Shown here piece by piece: positions 62,379 to 64,000 of a DNA stretch of 64,000 nt. How positions within the stretch are numbered: position 1 is the first letter of the stretch; each line of letters starts with the position of its first letter. The stretch comes from Heteronotia binoei. Its lineage: Eukaryota. The translations under genes and the position numbers were made by a program. Location: assembly GCF_032191835.1 (NCBI RefSeq), contig NC_083235.1, forward strand, positions 33,852,001 to 33,916,000, written 5' to 3'. The notes under the pieces were generated by a model. It had not been told where the DNA came from. It searched no databases and was given only the letters and a program-made list of their open reading frames with translations.

Positions 62379-62889
62379 TAGGGTTGCCAAGTCCAATTCA
62401 AGAAATATCTGGGGACTTTGGGGTGGAGCCAGGAAACGTTGGGGGTGGAGCCAAGATCAAGGCTGTGACAAGCATAATTGAACTCCAAAGGGAGTTCTGG
62501 CCATCACATTTAAAGGGACAGCACACCTTTTCAATTCCTTCCTTCCATAGGAAATAATGAAGGATAGGGGCACCATTTTTTGGGGCTCATAGAATTGGAT
62601 CCCCTGGTCCAATCTTTTTGAAACTTGGGGGGTATTTTGGGGAGAGGCACTAGATGCTATACTGAAAATTTGGTACATCTACCCCCCAAAACAGCCCCCC
62701 CCCCCAGAGCCCCAGATACCCGCAGATCAATTCTCCATGATTTTCTATGGGAATAAATCTCCATAGGGAATAATAGAGTTCCCAGCAGACATTTCCCTCC
62801 CCTCACCCCGCTTTCTGATGACCCTGAAGCGGGGGGAGGGTCTCCAAACTGGGGGATCCCCTGCACCCACCTGGGGATTGGCAACCGTA
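62379..62889 (+). mobile_element. hAT MITE, about 510-bp family (TIR TAGGGTTGCCA)
   Basis: Perfect TSD TCATCAGA. Confidence 0.92.
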
Positions 62890-63444
62890 TCATCAGACCC
62901 TCTATTGTATGGTTTCAAATCCATCACATGAATCAATGCTTCCACTGTGCAAGAAAAAATGTACCCAGGCTGAATTTTGACTTTTTAAATAATTTAAATA
63001 ATTTCCAGTCCATATTGAATTTTGACTTTTTAAATAATTTCCAGTCCATATTGGTCAAAAGATGCAACCTCCAATATATATGCCATTGTCAATAAAATAC
63101 ATTAATTTGTGGCTTTCTGTACTGGGTGCTTCACATGATGGTAACTTCAAAGGAAGAGGCGGGGGTTGTAGCGCAGAAGTGTGCTGCACAGCCCAAAATC
63201 GCATTGGACTTTTTAGCTACACTCATTGTTGTACGTTACTACAAGTTGCTTTTGCTATATTGGACTGCAGGAGGTTAACAAAACCATGCGAGTCTACTCC
63301 GCGCCCCCCGCGCTAGAAATTACCCCACAGAATCAGACAGACCGAGTCTTTTGTTATCCTCTGTCACCATCTGCACTTTCCCCGGAACCTTTCTTCCTCG
63401 TCTCATTGTTTCCCATTCGGACTCTTTTTCTTGTTGCTCCCAAT

Positions 63445-63474
63445 ATGGCGGCGCCCATGAGCGAGTGTCGTTAA
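63445..63474 (+). other. Upstream ORF MAAPMSECR* (probable ancestral BCDIN3D start, out of frame)
   Basis: caatATGGCGGCGCCCATG...CGT TAA. A at -3 and G at +4; 44 nt upstream of the in-frame ATG. Confidence 0.7.
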
Positions 63475-63488
63475 GGCGGCTTGAGAGT

Positions 63489-63665
63489 ATGGATCCCTCC
63501 GTTCTCCCGGGTGGGGCGGCTCCGTATGGGAACTTCCCCGATTATTCTCACTTCCACCCGCCGGAGGGACGCGTTCGCCTCCTTCCTCCCGCGCTGCTGA
63601 GCCAGTTATTCCCAAATCAACATAGGAGACCGCTTCTGGGTCTGGACGTAGGATGCAACTCGGGG
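63489..63665 (+). CDS. BCDIN3D: BCDIN3D RNA 5'-monophosphate methyltransferase, coding exon 1 (MDPSVLPGGAAPYGNF...LGLDVGCNSG)
   Basis: GAAPYGNFPDYSHFHPPE and the SAM-binding motif LDVGCNSG, followed by a phase-0 donor GGG|gtgaga at the recalled human exon 1 boundary. Confidence 0.95.
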
Positions 63666-64000
63666 GTGAGAGAGTGTGGAGGGGATCCGAGCGTGACTGG
63701 ATGGGCACAGCAAACCTTCGTTGCTAGCGTTTGCCTTTTCCTGTCAAGAGTTGGAAGAGGTTGAGCTGCAAGTTTCTTTCTCGGGGCGTGTGTGGCTGCT
63801 TCAGGCTTTGTTATTTGGGGCTACAGAAGACTAATGCGAGATCTGTAGAGCTCTTCAAAACATCATGTGATTATGGACCGAGGCATTGATGATGTCACAG
63901 ATAGTATAAGAGCCAGGATGGAGGCTGAGTGGGTTGAGCCGGTTAGAAAGTCCCTTTAAAAAGTTTTAGAGAGGTAGCCTTGTTACAGTGCAAACCTATG

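Larger units (their letters stand above)
63150..63790 (+). promoter_or_regulatory. CpG-rich BCDIN3D promoter and first exon, with a YY1-like AATATGGCGGC motif and an ACTACAA motif
   Basis: Locally high CpG density; aatatggcggc at 63442-63452; actacaa near 63238. Confidence 0.6.

Overview
Vertebrate genomic DNA, almost certainly a squamate (Sauria SINE, CR1, L2, L1, RTE and Penelope relics); a gecko is my guess, not shown by the sequence. Two genes lie in tandem on the + strand. The first is the last seven coding exons of a FAIM2/Lifeguard-2-like TMBIM gene (3335-37677; exon sizes 51/40/38/88/96/54/150; 5' exons lie upstream of the window). The second is exon 1 of BCDIN3D at the right edge (63489-63665). 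I recall the same gene order from human chr12. The rest is mostly transposons: a young full-length Tf1/sushi-type Ty3/Gypsy LTR retrotransposon (55221-60935, minus, 5-bp TSD), a 3.4-kb non-autonomous hAT element in FAIM2 intron 9, and about 20 small hAT-type elements with 8-bp TSDs. The most interesting signals are four. (1) The LTR element has no tRNA primer site but has a self-priming PBS complementary to its predicted RNA 5' end. (2) It has a PEG10-type GGGAAAC slippery site followed by a pseudoknot. (3) BCDIN3D has an out-of-frame MAAPM start forming a uORF. (4) The FAIM2-like protein is divergent and cannot encode the conserved split Tyr codon. All coordinates were counted by eye; no alignments or searches were run.
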